Below, piece by piece: positions 9,410-18,277 of a stretch of 64,000 nucleotides of DNA (within the stretch, counting starts at the first letter, position 1; every line of letters begins with the position of its first letter). This DNA comes from Candidatus Tepidiaquacellales bacterium UBA2330 (GTDB lineage Bacteria > Bacteroidota > Ignavibacteria > Tepidaquicellales > Tepidaquicellaceae). The notes below the pieces were generated by a model. That model ran no database searches. It was not told where the DNA came from and worked only from the letters and a program-made list of their open reading frames with translations. The position numbers and the translations under genes are program-made. The DNA is taken from positions 3,773 through 67,772 of the forward strand of contig DDUU01000010.1 of assembly GCA_002344965.1 (NCBI GenBank), given 5' to 3'.

Positions 9410-9877
9410 TTGATCAGAACTCTGATACAGGATGACAGGGAAAAGATCATTTGCATTCTTAAAGATACGCGGAATTTTTCTGATGACGAAATTGATATTG
9501 CAGTTGAACTTTTGGATGTTTATCTGAATAATCCGGTTCAGAAAGACTATGAAATTTTTGTTGATGAGGATGTTAATATCAGAGGTTATGTCTGCATTGG
9601 ACCAAGACCTCTTACGGAAGGGACATACGACCTTTACTGGATTGCAGTCAATCCTTCTGTTCAGTCTTCAGGAGTCGGAAGCGGATTGATAAATTTTATA
9701 GAGGGTCATATAAAAAATAAAAACGGAAGACTCGTACTTATTGAAACTAGCGGCAAAGAATCTTATGAAAAGGAAAGAAGATTTTATGAGAAAAATAATT
9801 ATAGGTTACTAGTTAATATAAAGGATTTTTATAAACCCGGAGATGATCTTATAGTTTACGGGAAATATCTTAATTAA
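9410..9877 (+). CDS. GNAT family N-acetyltransferase (possible beta-lysine acetyltransferase)
   Basis: 155 aa with the GNAT core (LYWIAVNPSVQSSGVGSGLINFIE...RFYEKNNY). The functional suggestion rests only on adjacency to the lysine 2,3-aminomutase gene. TTG start. Confidence 0.7.
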   Translation: MIRTLIQDDREKIICILKDTRNFSDDEIDIAVELLDVYLNNPVQKDYEIFVDEDVNIRGYVCIGPRPLTEGTYDLYWIAVNPSVQSSGVGSGLINFIEGHIKNKNGRLVLIETSGKESYEKERRFYEKNNYRLLVNIKDFYKPGDDLIVYGKYLN

Positions 9878-9992
9878 TTTTGTGATCAGATTTTTTCTGA
9901 TCTCAGCTGACAATAGATTTTTAAAATGAAGGTTAAACAATGCTTGTTTTTTTTATAAGCATGTTATCTTAAAAAACTAAAAAGGAGAAATA

Positions 9993-11150
9993 ATGGAACT
10001 CTGGCAGGAAATGATCAGAAACAGCGTCAGCTCTGTAGATCATCTTGTTGAGAAATTCAGCATTGAAAGAGAAACAGCGGAAAAGCTCGATGAATTTTTT
10101 CAGGCGAGGATAAATCCGTATTACCTTTCTTTAATCAGATATCCCGGCGATCCCATATGGCTTCAGTGTGTACCTGATATTGCGGAACTTGAAGATATTG
10201 ATTCAGAAGAAGATCCGCTTAATGAAGACGACATGAGCCCGGTTCCCAATATTACTCACAGATATCCTGACAGAGCTTTGTTTCTTGTTACTTCACAATG
10301 CGGACTTTACTGCAGATTCTGTACCAGAAAAAGAAAAGTCGGAGATCAGAGTAAAATATCTATGAGAACTCTGGAGTCTGCTTTTCAGTATCTGGAATCA
10401 CACCCGGAGATCAGTGATGTAATTTTATCCGGAGGAGATCCGCTAATGCTTACTGATAATATGCTGGAAAAAATAATTTTCAGACTGAGACAGATAAAAC
10501 ACATTCAGATTATAAGGCTTGGTACTAAAATGCCCTGTGTACTCCCGCACAGGATTACTCCGCAACTGTGTGAAATGCTAAAAAAATATCATCCGATTTA
10601 TGTTAATACGCATTTTAATCATCCGTGGGAACTGACAGATGAAAGCAAGAGAGCATGCGCAATGCTCGTAGATTCAGGTATCCCTGTAGGTAATCAGTGT
10701 GTTTTGATGAAAGGCGTAAATGATAATGCAGATGTCATGAAAGATCTTATGAAAGGTTTACTTGCAATGAGAGTCAGACCTTATTATATTTATCAGGCGG
10801 ATCTGACCAAAGGAGCTAACCATTTCAGAACTCCTCTTAAAACCGGTCTTGAGATAATGGATAAATTAAGAGGTCATATCTCCGGTCTTGCCGTTCCGCA
10901 TTTTGTCGTTGATGCGCCGGGAGGCGGCGGAAAAATTCCGTTACTTCCGGATTATGTGATCTCTAAAGATGATGAAAAAATTGTTCTGCGAAATTTCAAA
11001 TATAACATTTATGAATATCCTGAAATAGACGGTGATGCCAATTCAAACAATGCTGACCTTTTTATGCGAAGGAAAAAAATCCGCAGGAGATCAGTCAGCA
11101 AGAAGGATAAGATAAGAAAAATTAATATACCCGTACTGAATAATTCCTGA
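9993..11150 (+). CDS. kamA: Lysine 2,3-aminomutase (KamA/AblA family radical SAM, PLP-dependent)
   Basis: It has the CGLYCRFCTRKR radical-SAM cluster motif followed by Arg, plus SGGDPL, HFNHP, GNQCVLMKGVND, YYIYQADL and VVDAPGGGGK (PLP lysine). A strong SD (AAAAGGAG) precedes the ATG. Confidence 0.9.
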   Translation: MELWQEMIRNSVSSVDHLVEKFSIERETAEKLDEFFQARINPYYLSLIRYPGDPIWLQCVPDIAELEDIDSEEDPLNEDDMSPVPNITHRYPDRALFLVTSQCGLYCRFCTRKRKVGDQSKISMRTLESAFQYLESHPEISDVILSGGDPLMLTDNMLEKIIFRLRQIKHIQIIRLGTKMPCVLPHRITPQLCEMLKKYHPIYVNTHFNHPWELTDESKRACAMLVDSGIPVGNQCVLMKGVNDNADVMKDLMKGLLAMRVRPYYIYQADLTKGANHFRTPLKTGLEIMDKLRGHISGLAVPHFVVDAPGGGGKIPLLPDYVISKDDEKIVLRNFKYNIYEYPEIDGDANSNNADLFMRRKKIRRRSVSKKDKIRKINIPVLNNS

Positions 11151-11172
11151 ACTTAAAAGAGTTCTCATACAA

Positions 11173-11206
11173 AAACCCGGCTCTCTGAGTCCGGGTTTTT
11201 TTTTTA
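11173..11206 (+). terminator. Rho-independent terminator after kamA
   Basis: ACCCGG...CCGGGT hairpin (about 11175-11196) followed by T10. Confidence 0.75.
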
Positions 11207-11387
11207 TATAAAGTTGAAACCTTTGTGAATATTATAAGTCATAACCTTTAGAATTATTAAATACTTTAAAATGACTGAAGCCGTTATTATTCTGATTACA
11301 TTTCTGATATTATTTGTAATGTCTTTGGTAAAATCAAAATATTCAAAAAATTAAAATTCGCTGAAAAGCGGAAAGGAGTTATCTAAA

Positions 11388-11771
11388 ATGCATGGTGTAG
11401 TAGAAGAGTTTATCCCTGTAGTAGCGATTGTTTTTACTTTCGGAATACCGGGTATCATTTTATTCTGGTGGATCTATACAAAGCACAGGGAAAAAATGAG
11501 ACTGATTGAAAAAGGTTTATCGCCGGAAGAAGTAAAAGCTTATTTTGCCGAAAATACTAAACCGAAAAACCCTTACAGCTCTCTGAAGTTCGGTCTGATA
11601 CTTCTCTTCTTCGGGATTGGTATATTTCTGGCAAATGTAGCTGAAAGTATTTATGATGTGGAAGAAGGCGTAATGATGGGAATTATTGTAACATTCATTG
11701 GTCTGGGATTCCTTATATACTTTTTAGTTGTAAGCTCAAAAACAAAAAGCGAATCCTCGGTCAATCAGTGA
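11388..11771 (+). CDS. Small integral membrane protein of unknown function
   Basis: 127 aa with three hydrophobic helices. SD GGAAAGGAG lies upstream. It is followed in the same direction by the lipoprotein/ECF sigma genes. Confidence 0.55.
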   Translation: MHGVVEEFIPVVAIVFTFGIPGIILFWWIYTKHREKMRLIEKGLSPEEVKAYFAENTKPKNPYSSLKFGLILLFFGIGIFLANVAESIYDVEEGVMMGIIVTFIGLGFLIYFLVVSSKTKSESSVNQ

Positions 11772-11800
11772 TTTTTAAATTAGAAGAAAAAATTATCATT

Positions 11801-12598
11801 ATGAAATTATCATTTATTTTTATTGTCTTATTAACATTCTTTATGAACGGATGTGGGCTGCTCTCTAAAAAATACGTGAAGTCAGATAAAGAAGTCCACA
11901 GGGTTTCCGCTGTAGGCAAGAAAACATTATTGATCGAAAATATAAACGGCAATATCAGCTTTGTCAGTTCTTCTGATTCCGGAATTGTAAAGATTGTTGC
12001 GGAAAAGGAAATTAAAGTTAAGAAAAAATATCTTAATACTCCGTTTGATGAAATTACAATTGAAATAGATTCAACAGGAAATGAAATAAAAATTGAATCT
12101 ATTATTAATAATAAAGGAAGAGATGACGGATTCAATTTTAATTTCGACAGAAAACAGAAAGTTGATTATGAAATTTCTGTACCTGAAGGAATCTCAATTT
12201 CTGTTGAAAATGTGAACGGGAAAATATCAGCTGACAATATTTCAAATGATCTGAAAATTGATCAGGTGAACGGCAGCGTCGATCTGGATAATTATTCCGG
12301 ACTACTCGAATGCGACCTGACCAACGGTTCATTTTCAGGAGTTATAGATTCCACAAAAGGTATTAATATTAATGTAATTAACGGAAGCGTTACTCTGAAT
12401 CTAAGTAATTACATAAGTGCGCGCGTAAATGCTCAGTCTGAGAACGGAAAAATAAGTACTGACAATCTGAAATTCTCTGACATGATTCAGGAAAAGAAAT
12501 CATTTAAGGGAAATCTGGGAACAGAAGATAACAGGTCAGAGATAATTATAAAAACAGTTAACGGGAAGATTGTTTTCACGGGGAATAAGGAAATTTAA
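11801..12598 (+). CDS. DUF4097-like beta-strand-repeat lipoprotein (putative adhesin fold)
   Basis: The internal ATG gives a lipoprotein signal, MKLSFIFIVLLTFFMNGC. Repeated NGxI/NGSV beta-strand units (VNGKISADN, VNGSVDLDN, TNGSFSG, INGSVTLN, ENGKISTDN, VNGKIVF) follow. Confidence 0.65.
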   Translation: MKLSFIFIVLLTFFMNGCGLLSKKYVKSDKEVHRVSAVGKKTLLIENINGNISFVSSSDSGIVKIVAEKEIKVKKKYLNTPFDEITIEIDSTGNEIKIESIINNKGRDDGFNFNFDRKQKVDYEISVPEGISISVENVNGKISADNISNDLKIDQVNGSVDLDNYSGLLECDLTNGSFSGVIDSTKGININVINGSVTLNLSNYISARVNAQSENGKISTDNLKFSDMIQEKKSFKGNLGTEDNRSEIIIKTVNGKIVFTGNKEI

Positions 12599-12661
12599 TC
12601 ACTGTTTGATTTTAAAATTTGATTTTTGCAATTTGTCTGTATTAATAAAAGGTATAATCCA

Positions 12662-13309
12662 ATGATTCTGTCTGATTCTGAGATAATAAAAAAAATTAAC
12701 GAAGGAGACACTGCTTCATTCAGGATCATAGTAGATGAATTAAAGGACAAAGCATTATCTTTAACCATGAAAATTCTGAAAAACAGGGAAGATGCCGAAG
12801 ATTGTCTGCAGGAATCATTCCTTAAACTCTTCAGGTCCATTTCATCTGGTAAGTTTGAAGAGAGATCAAAACTGTCAACATATTTTTACACAATAGTTTA
12901 TAATACAGCAGTGGATAATTATAAAAAATTAAAATCACGAAGATTCAGTATAGTTTCTATAGATGTCGAAGGATCAAGTTTTGAAGAAGGCGATGATCTG
13001 CTGCGAAAGTATTATGATGCAAAAATTGAGAAAAGTGAGTTTGATGATAAGTATGACCTGAGCACTGAAAGTAAAATATCAGAGTCCGAAATAAAGCAGA
13101 TCATTAGTGACTATATTAATTCTATTCCGGAACAGTATTCAGTCATTTTAACAATGTTCTATATTAATGATCTTTCTCATGACGATATTGCCGGAATACT
13201 TAAGCTACCGCTCGGAACTGTCAAAAACAGAATTTTCCGCGCAAAGAGTAAATTAAAAGAAATCATTTTAAAAAAATTTTCCGAAGAGGAAATTCTTCAG
13301 TATGTATGA
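12662..13309 (+). CDS. ECF-type RNA polymerase sigma-70 family factor
   Basis: Region 2 reads EDAEDCLQESFLKLF...YFYTIVYNTAVDNYKK. Region 4 HTH reads LSHDDIAGILKLPLGTVKNRIFRAKSKLK. An unusually long acidic linker separates regions 2 and 4. Confidence 0.8.
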   Translation: MILSDSEIIKKINEGDTASFRIIVDELKDKALSLTMKILKNREDAEDCLQESFLKLFRSISSGKFEERSKLSTYFYTIVYNTAVDNYKKLKSRRFSIVSIDVEGSSFEEGDDLLRKYYDAKIEKSEFDDKYDLSTESKISESEIKQIISDYINSIPEQYSVILTMFYINDLSHDDIAGILKLPLGTVKNRIFRAKSKLKEIILKKFSEEEILQYV

Positions 13310-13788
13310 AAAAATTTAGTTTTACTATTAAAAATTTTTACAGTATTTTTAACACGATGCCGGACGGTAATAATAAAAATATTGATTCTTATCTCGATGA
13401 TAACATAAGACAGTCTCTGAAGTCAAAAACTTCTGATGATTTTTCTTTTGAAATGATGAAACGGGTCGAGATTGAAAAAGAGTTTGCCAGGCAGGACAGA
13501 AAAACAGACAATGTTGCAAAGTTTGTTATCGGCAGTTTGCTTGCCGCTATGATAATATTATCTGTAGGTATTCCGCTTCTTTTCGGAGTTTCGGATACAG
13601 ACCAAAGTCCCGGCTTTTTCAGTATGCTGACGGATAATCTTACAGACGCTATTGAATATTTCAGTATTATTACGGCTGAAAATCTTGGAATAGCATTTAA
13701 CTTAAAAACATTGTCCGTTATTATTGTTTCATCTGTCTTTATTTTTCTTTTTTCAAAAGCTGACAAGCTGTTATTGAAAAAGTTTTAA
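13306..13788 (+). CDS. Putative anti-sigma factor/membrane protein
   Basis: Its start overlaps the sigma gene stop (ATGA). It is 160 aa with a central and a C-terminal transmembrane helix. The call rests on position only. Confidence 0.45.
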   Translation: MKKFSFTIKNFYSIFNTMPDGNNKNIDSYLDDNIRQSLKSKTSDDFSFEMMKRVEIEKEFARQDRKTDNVAKFVIGSLLAAMIILSVGIPLLFGVSDTDQSPGFFSMLTDNLTDAIEYFSIITAENLGIAFNLKTLSVIIVSSVFIFLFSKADKLLLKKF

Positions 13789-13846
13789 ATATCCGGAGTC
13801 ATAGATTTTATTCTCAAACTTGTTTCACCATGAAAAAAGTTTTTAA

Positions 13847-14599
13847 TTAGTACTCTATAAATCCCCTGTTAATACTGTTCACTTTTCTTCCGGTCCTTCT
13901 GAATACGCCAATTCCTTCACGACTTCCCCCTTCATTTGTATTGCCTTCTATCGTAGTAAGATATCCGCCGTTAACTGATTCTACTATACCCGTATGACCT
14001 AATCCTCCGCCGTATGACATTATAAATACCTGACCCGGCTTTATCAGAGAAGGATTAGCTGTGGCTGCTGCTGATGTTATTTTCTTACCTTTAGTATTAT
14101 TCCAGTGATTAAGCACTCCGGCAGTTTTATAAACAGGATTTTTTATACCGGTGCTTTTTGATACTTCGTCAAAACACCAGTACACAAAAGCAGCACACCA
14201 TGCGTAACCTTTTCCCAGTCCTACGCTTTTAAGGTAAGCGTCCACTTCAGGTCCGCTGTTGCTGCCTCTCGGCTTTTCAACAACTCCGATCTGACTTTTT
14301 GCTTTTGCAAGAACCTTTTTTGCAAACTCCGGCAATGGTCCCGGTTCCGGTCCGATAGACTTTAAACTAAACAACGTCGCCCACGTGATAGGACCTACTT
14401 TACCGTCAACAATCAAAGGTCTTCCCTGCTGATCAGTAAATCTGCTCTGAAAAAGTTTGACGGCATTGAAAGTCTTTGGACCGTATCCGCCGTCCACGTC
14501 TACCGGCCCGCATCCGTTCTCATTTAATTTCTTCTGAATTTCTTTTACAATTTTTTTATCTTTCTCTCCTTTGACAATTACTCTTTTTGGATATTCCAT
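13847..14599 (-). CDS. Peptidoglycan-binding domain + CHAP domain cell-wall hydrolase
   Basis: The N-terminal PG_binding_1-like motif is GGYGPKTFNAVKLFQ...VDGKVGPITWATL. The C-terminal CHAP-like region has the Cys in GKGYAWCAAFVYWCF and the later GHTGIV histidine. No signal peptide is visible. Confidence 0.7.
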   Translation of the reverse strand: MEYPKRVIVKGEKDKKIVKEIQKKLNENGCGPVDVDGGYGPKTFNAVKLFQSRFTDQQGRPLIVDGKVGPITWATLFSLKSIGPEPGPLPEFAKKVLAKAKSQIGVVEKPRGSNSGPEVDAYLKSVGLGKGYAWCAAFVYWCFDEVSKSTGIKNPVYKTAGVLNHWNNTKGKKITSAAATANPSLIKPGQVFIMSYGGGLGHTGIVESVNGGYLTTIEGNTNEGGSREGIGVFRRTGRKVNSINRGFIEY

Positions 14600-14896
14600 T
14601 ATTTTAAATTTTTTAGATTTATAAAAAAGTTAAATCAAAATAGATAAATGACATATTAATTTCAATAAGCGTAACTACTCAATACTTAAAATTATTAGTC
14701 CAATAACATTTTTAATGATTGATTTATTTCTAAGGAAAATTATTACTGCCGGTATTAATTCACATACATTAAACCGTAATTGAGTTTTTATTATCAAACA
14801 GCTGTGAATTTAAATAAATAAAATTTTTTAAAATTTCCTGCAGAATTGTTTCGACAACGAATTTTATATTTAAACTTCAAATCATTTAAGTTATAA

Positions 14897-15511
14897 TTGA
14901 TAAACCAATATTCTTACTTTTTAAAATTGAGAAACCGATCTGTCTTATTCATAAAAAACATGGTAAGTCTCAGATGCATAAGTGATTTAGAGAATATTCT
15001 GAGTAATCTGGAAAGCGTTAAGGTTCTGAATATATCACTTGGTAAAGCTGAGATTTTTTATGATGAGGAAAAGATCTCCGCAGAGGAAATCTCAGCCGAA
15101 CTTTCCAGAAATAACTTTCAGATCATCAGCGACAGAAATATTCAGTTAGTGGAACAAATTAAGAACGCCTGTATTGAATTGATCTATTTCGGCAATAATA
15201 CCAACTCGCTGATCAGAAATTCCGAATATCTGAGTGAAAGATTAAATTTACAGTATTCCTATATCAGTAAATTCTTTTCTGAAAATACCAATACTACACT
15301 TGAAAAATTTTTAATAAAAGTTAAAATAGAAAAAGTAAAAGAGCTGTTAAGTTATAATGAAATGACATTAAGTGAAATTGCATATATGATGGGATACAGC
15401 AGTGTTCAGTATCTAAGTAATCAGTTCAGACAAATAACCGGAGTTTCTGTTACCGAGTACAGGCACGGCGCAGATATAAAAAGAATACCTCTTGAAAATC
15501 TTCTGCTGTAA
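14897..15511 (+). CDS. AraC/XylS-family transcriptional regulator with N-terminal degenerate HMA-like domain
   Basis: The C-terminal AraC HTH reads TLSEIAYMMGYSSVQYLSNQFRQITGVSVTEYR. The N-terminus resembles a ferredoxin-fold HMA domain, but the MxCxxC metal site reads NMVSLRC. TTG start, with an alternative ATG at 14960. Confidence 0.7.
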   Translation: MINQYSYFLKLRNRSVLFIKNMVSLRCISDLENILSNLESVKVLNISLGKAEIFYDEEKISAEEISAELSRNNFQIISDRNIQLVEQIKNACIELIYFGNNTNSLIRNSEYLSERLNLQYSYISKFFSENTNTTLEKFLIKVKIEKVKELLSYNEMTLSEIAYMMGYSSVQYLSNQFRQITGVSVTEYRHGADIKRIPLENLLL

Positions 15512-15603
15512 ATTACCTACCGCTGTAATCTTATAACAAATTGTATTTAAACTGTAACAATTTATTTCTTCATGTTTTATAGTTTTGTATAACAATTATA
15601 AAT

Positions 15604-15858
15604 ATGAAAATAAAAAATAATATAGCAATAAGTGATTCGGGTTTTATTTTTAATCCGGCTACAGGTGATTCATTTTCTGCAAATCCTGTCGGTCAGAAGA
15701 TTTTTAAAATGCTTCAGACCTCAGCAACCGAAGAAGAGATAACAGCTGATATTCTCGAAACTTATCAGATTGACAAAGTTCATTTTGAAAAGGATTTTTA
15801 TGATTTTATTAATGTACTGAAAAAGTACAAACTCCTGGAGGAAATTGAAAAAGACTGA
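15604..15858 (+). CDS. PqqD-family protein (RRE-type peptide chaperone-like)
   Basis: 84 aa. The pattern GFIFNPATGDSFSANPVGQKIFKMLQTSATEEEITADILETYQIDKVHFEKDFYDFINVLKKYKLLE matches the PqqD/RRE consensus. It has an acidic C-terminus, EEIEKD. Confidence 0.7.
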   Translation: MKIKNNIAISDSGFIFNPATGDSFSANPVGQKIFKMLQTSATEEEITADILETYQIDKVHFEKDFYDFINVLKKYKLLEEIEKD

Positions 15859-16894
15859 TATCACAATTGCAGTTACCGGTCTTAACGCAATTGACAGTCC
15901 GGGACCCGGTATCTCAGTAATCAGAGCAATAAGGAAAAGCAATTTTTATAATCCGCGCATTATAGGTCTTTCATATGATACAATGGAACCCGGCATTTAT
16001 ATGCATGACCTGGTTGATAAATCTTATCAAATCCCGTTTCCTTCTGTCGGAACAGATAATCTTCTTTTCAGATTAAAGGAAATTAATGACAAGGAAAAAA
16101 TTGATGTTATAATACCAAACTTTGACGCCGAACTGTTCAATTTCATAAAATTGGAAAAAAGACTTCTGGAACAATGTAATATAAGAATGTTCCTTCCTTC
16201 AATGAAACAGTTTGAAGAAAGACAGAAAGCAAACCTTTATGAATTCGGGAAAAAATATAATCTGAAAGTTCCTAAGAATAAAACAATATATTCTCTGAAT
16301 GATATTAATAAAATAGAATATGAATTTTCATTTCCCGTTGTAGTTAAAGGAAAATACTATGATGCTAAAGTAGCTTATAATAAAGATCAGATCGCGGAAC
16401 ATTTTAACAGAATAAGCATCAAGTGGGGACTTCCGATAATAATTCAGGAATATGTTTTCGGTTCGGAAGTTAATGTCACTGCAATAGGCGACGGGACGGG
16501 AAAAACTATCGGGGCTGTACCGATGAGAAAACAGTATATAACCGATAAAGGAAAAGCATGGTCAGGAATTTCACTCGATGATGATAAACTCTTAAAAATT
16601 ACATCAGATCTAATCAAGTCAACTAAATGGAAAGGATCAATGGAACTTGAATTTATCAAGACTTCAAATGATGAATATTTTTTACTTGAAATAAATCCCC
16701 GGTTTCCGGCATGGGTTTATCTTGCTGTCGGCTGCGGTCAGAATCATCCGGATGCGCTGCTTAAAATGGCTCTGGGAAAAAAAGTAAACGCTTTCCCAAA
16801 ACATGAAACGGGAAAAATGTTCATAAGGTATTCCTATGATATGATTATAAATTTAAAAGAATTTGAAAAAATCTCAACTTCAGGAGAATTATAA
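15845..16894 (+). CDS. ATP-grasp domain ligase (carboxylate-amine ligase type)
   Basis: 349 aa with FPVVVKGKYYDA, IIIQEYVFGSEVNVTAIGD and ELEFIKTSNDEYFLLEINPRFPAW motifs. It overlaps the PqqD-like gene by 14 nt. Confidence 0.75.
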   Translation: MKKTDITIAVTGLNAIDSPGPGISVIRAIRKSNFYNPRIIGLSYDTMEPGIYMHDLVDKSYQIPFPSVGTDNLLFRLKEINDKEKIDVIIPNFDAELFNFIKLEKRLLEQCNIRMFLPSMKQFEERQKANLYEFGKKYNLKVPKNKTIYSLNDINKIEYEFSFPVVVKGKYYDAKVAYNKDQIAEHFNRISIKWGLPIIIQEYVFGSEVNVTAIGDGTGKTIGAVPMRKQYITDKGKAWSGISLDDDKLLKITSDLIKSTKWKGSMELEFIKTSNDEYFLLEINPRFPAWVYLAVGCGQNHPDALLKMALGKKVNAFPKHETGKMFIRYSYDMIINLKEFEKISTSGEL

Positions 16895-18277
16895 ATGAAA
16901 AAACAGCAGTATGAAAGACCTGTTTTACAGTTACTGAATTCAGGCACTATGAACAAATACGGGACAAAGACTGAGTATGCGCCTTTTACGCATATTGACG
17001 GCGCAAGCATTCAAGATCTTACGGATAAATTCGGTTCCCCCCTTTTTGTAGTTTCCGAAAAAAAAATCAGATCAAATTTTAAGGATGCAAACCGTTCATT
17101 TAAAACACGGTATCCGAAAGTACAGTTTGCCTGGTCATACAAAACAAATTATCTGAATGCGGTATGCAATGTATTTCATCAGGAAGGCTCATGGGCGGAA
17201 GTAGTTTCCGGATTTGAATACAGTAAAGCGCTTAATAACGGCGTACCCGGAAGTAAGATTATTTTCAACGGACCGGATAAAACTGATGAAGATCTTCGCA
17301 CTGCAATTATGAATAATTCTCCGATTCATATTGATCATCTGGACGAACTGTACATGCTGCAGGAAATTTCCGAAGAGACCGGCATAAGACCAAAAGTCGC
17401 TATCAGAGTGAATATGGATACCGGCATTTATCCGATGTGGGACAGATTCGGATTTAATTATGAAAACGGTCAGGCATGGGATGCAATTAATAAAATCATG
17501 CTGAATGATAAACTTGATCTGGTCGGATTGCACTGCCATATCGGCACTTTTATGCTTGCTCCGAATGCATATTCAATTGCTGCAGCAAAACTTTCTGATC
17601 TTGCTTTAAACATAAAGTATAAATACAAAAGGAATATTCAGTATATCGATATGGGCGGCGGTTTCCCGTCGAAGAATACTCTGAAAGGTTCTTACCTTCT
17701 TGGCATAGACACTGTCCCGACTATAGATCAGTTTGCTGAGGCAATTTGCTCATCAATTCTAAACGCAGGATTTCTGGAGGAAGAGCTTCCGCTGCTTATT
17801 CTAGAAACAGGAAGAGCGCTGATTGATGACGCCGGATATCTTATAGGAAGCGTGATCTCAAACAAAAGATTATCAGACGGAAGAAGAGCTGTCATTATGG
17901 ACTTCGGTGTGAATATAATGTTTACCTCATTTTGGTATGATCATAAGATCACGCCGGCTCAGGAGTTCAGTGATTTTACTGAAGACATGGTGCTTTACGG
18001 ACCGCTTTGTATGAATATAGATGTAATCAGAGAGCATGTAACTCTGCCGCTGCTTAAAAGAAATGATAAAGTCGTTGTCCATACTGTCGGCGCATATAAT
18101 ATGACACAATGGATGCAGTTCATTTCATTAAGACCGGCTGTTGTCATGATTGATAAGAAAGGTGTACCTCATGAAATCAGAAAACGCGAATCAATAAATT
18201 CAATTGAATCTGAAGAAATAGTACCTGAATATTTAAAGACATTCAGTTTAAACGGAATTGAAAAAAGAACAGGCTAA
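16895..18277 (+). CDS. Orn/DAP/Arg decarboxylase family-2 PLP-dependent decarboxylase (LysA/BtrK-like)
   Basis: 460 aa. It has a PLP-lysine context (FAWSYKTNYL), a glycine loop (IDMGGGFPS) and an active-site Cys context (YGPLCMNIDVI). Its start abuts the ATP-grasp stop. Confidence 0.8.
   Translation: MKKQQYERPVLQLLNSGTMNKYGTKTEYAPFTHIDGASIQDLTDKFGSPLFVVSEKKIRSNFKDANRSFKTRYPKVQFAWSYKTNYLNAVCNVFHQEGSWAEVVSGFEYSKALNNGVPGSKIIFNGPDKTDEDLRTAIMNNSPIHIDHLDELYMLQEISEETGIRPKVAIRVNMDTGIYPMWDRFGFNYENGQAWDAINKIMLNDKLDLVGLHCHIGTFMLAPNAYSIAAAKLSDLALNIKYKYKRNIQYIDMGGGFPSKNTLKGSYLLGIDTVPTIDQFAEAICSSILNAGFLEEELPLLILETGRALIDDAGYLIGSVISNKRLSDGRRAVIMDFGVNIMFTSFWYDHKITPAQEFSDFTEDMVLYGPLCMNIDVIREHVTLPLLKRNDKVVVHTVGAYNMTQWMQFISLRPAVVMIDKKGVPHEIRKRESINSIESEEIVPEYLKTFSLNGIEKRTG

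Noticed and set aside
9993-11150. KamA-family gene as EF-P beta-lysylation enzyme EpmB or as glutamate 2,3-aminomutase
   Set aside because: No epmA or efp is adjacent. The protein retains the C-terminal region and both acidic residues that, to my recollection, bind the lysine epsilon-amino group in clostridial lysine 2,3-aminomutase. Subfamily HMMs are needed for certainty.
11761-12135. 124-aa minus-strand ORF, and similar antisense ORFs at 13389-13766, 8613-8915 and 17189-17539
   Set aside because: Each overlaps a better-supported gene on the opposite strand and has a low-complexity composition.
14715-14783. 22-codon ORF upstream of the AraC gene as a RiPP precursor for the PqqD/ATP-grasp operon
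   Set aside because: It is kept only as a note inside the operon finding. It has no RBS and no recognisable leader/core organisation, and it lies upstream of the regulator rather than next to the modifying enzymes. It is indistinguishable from chance in AT-rich DNA.
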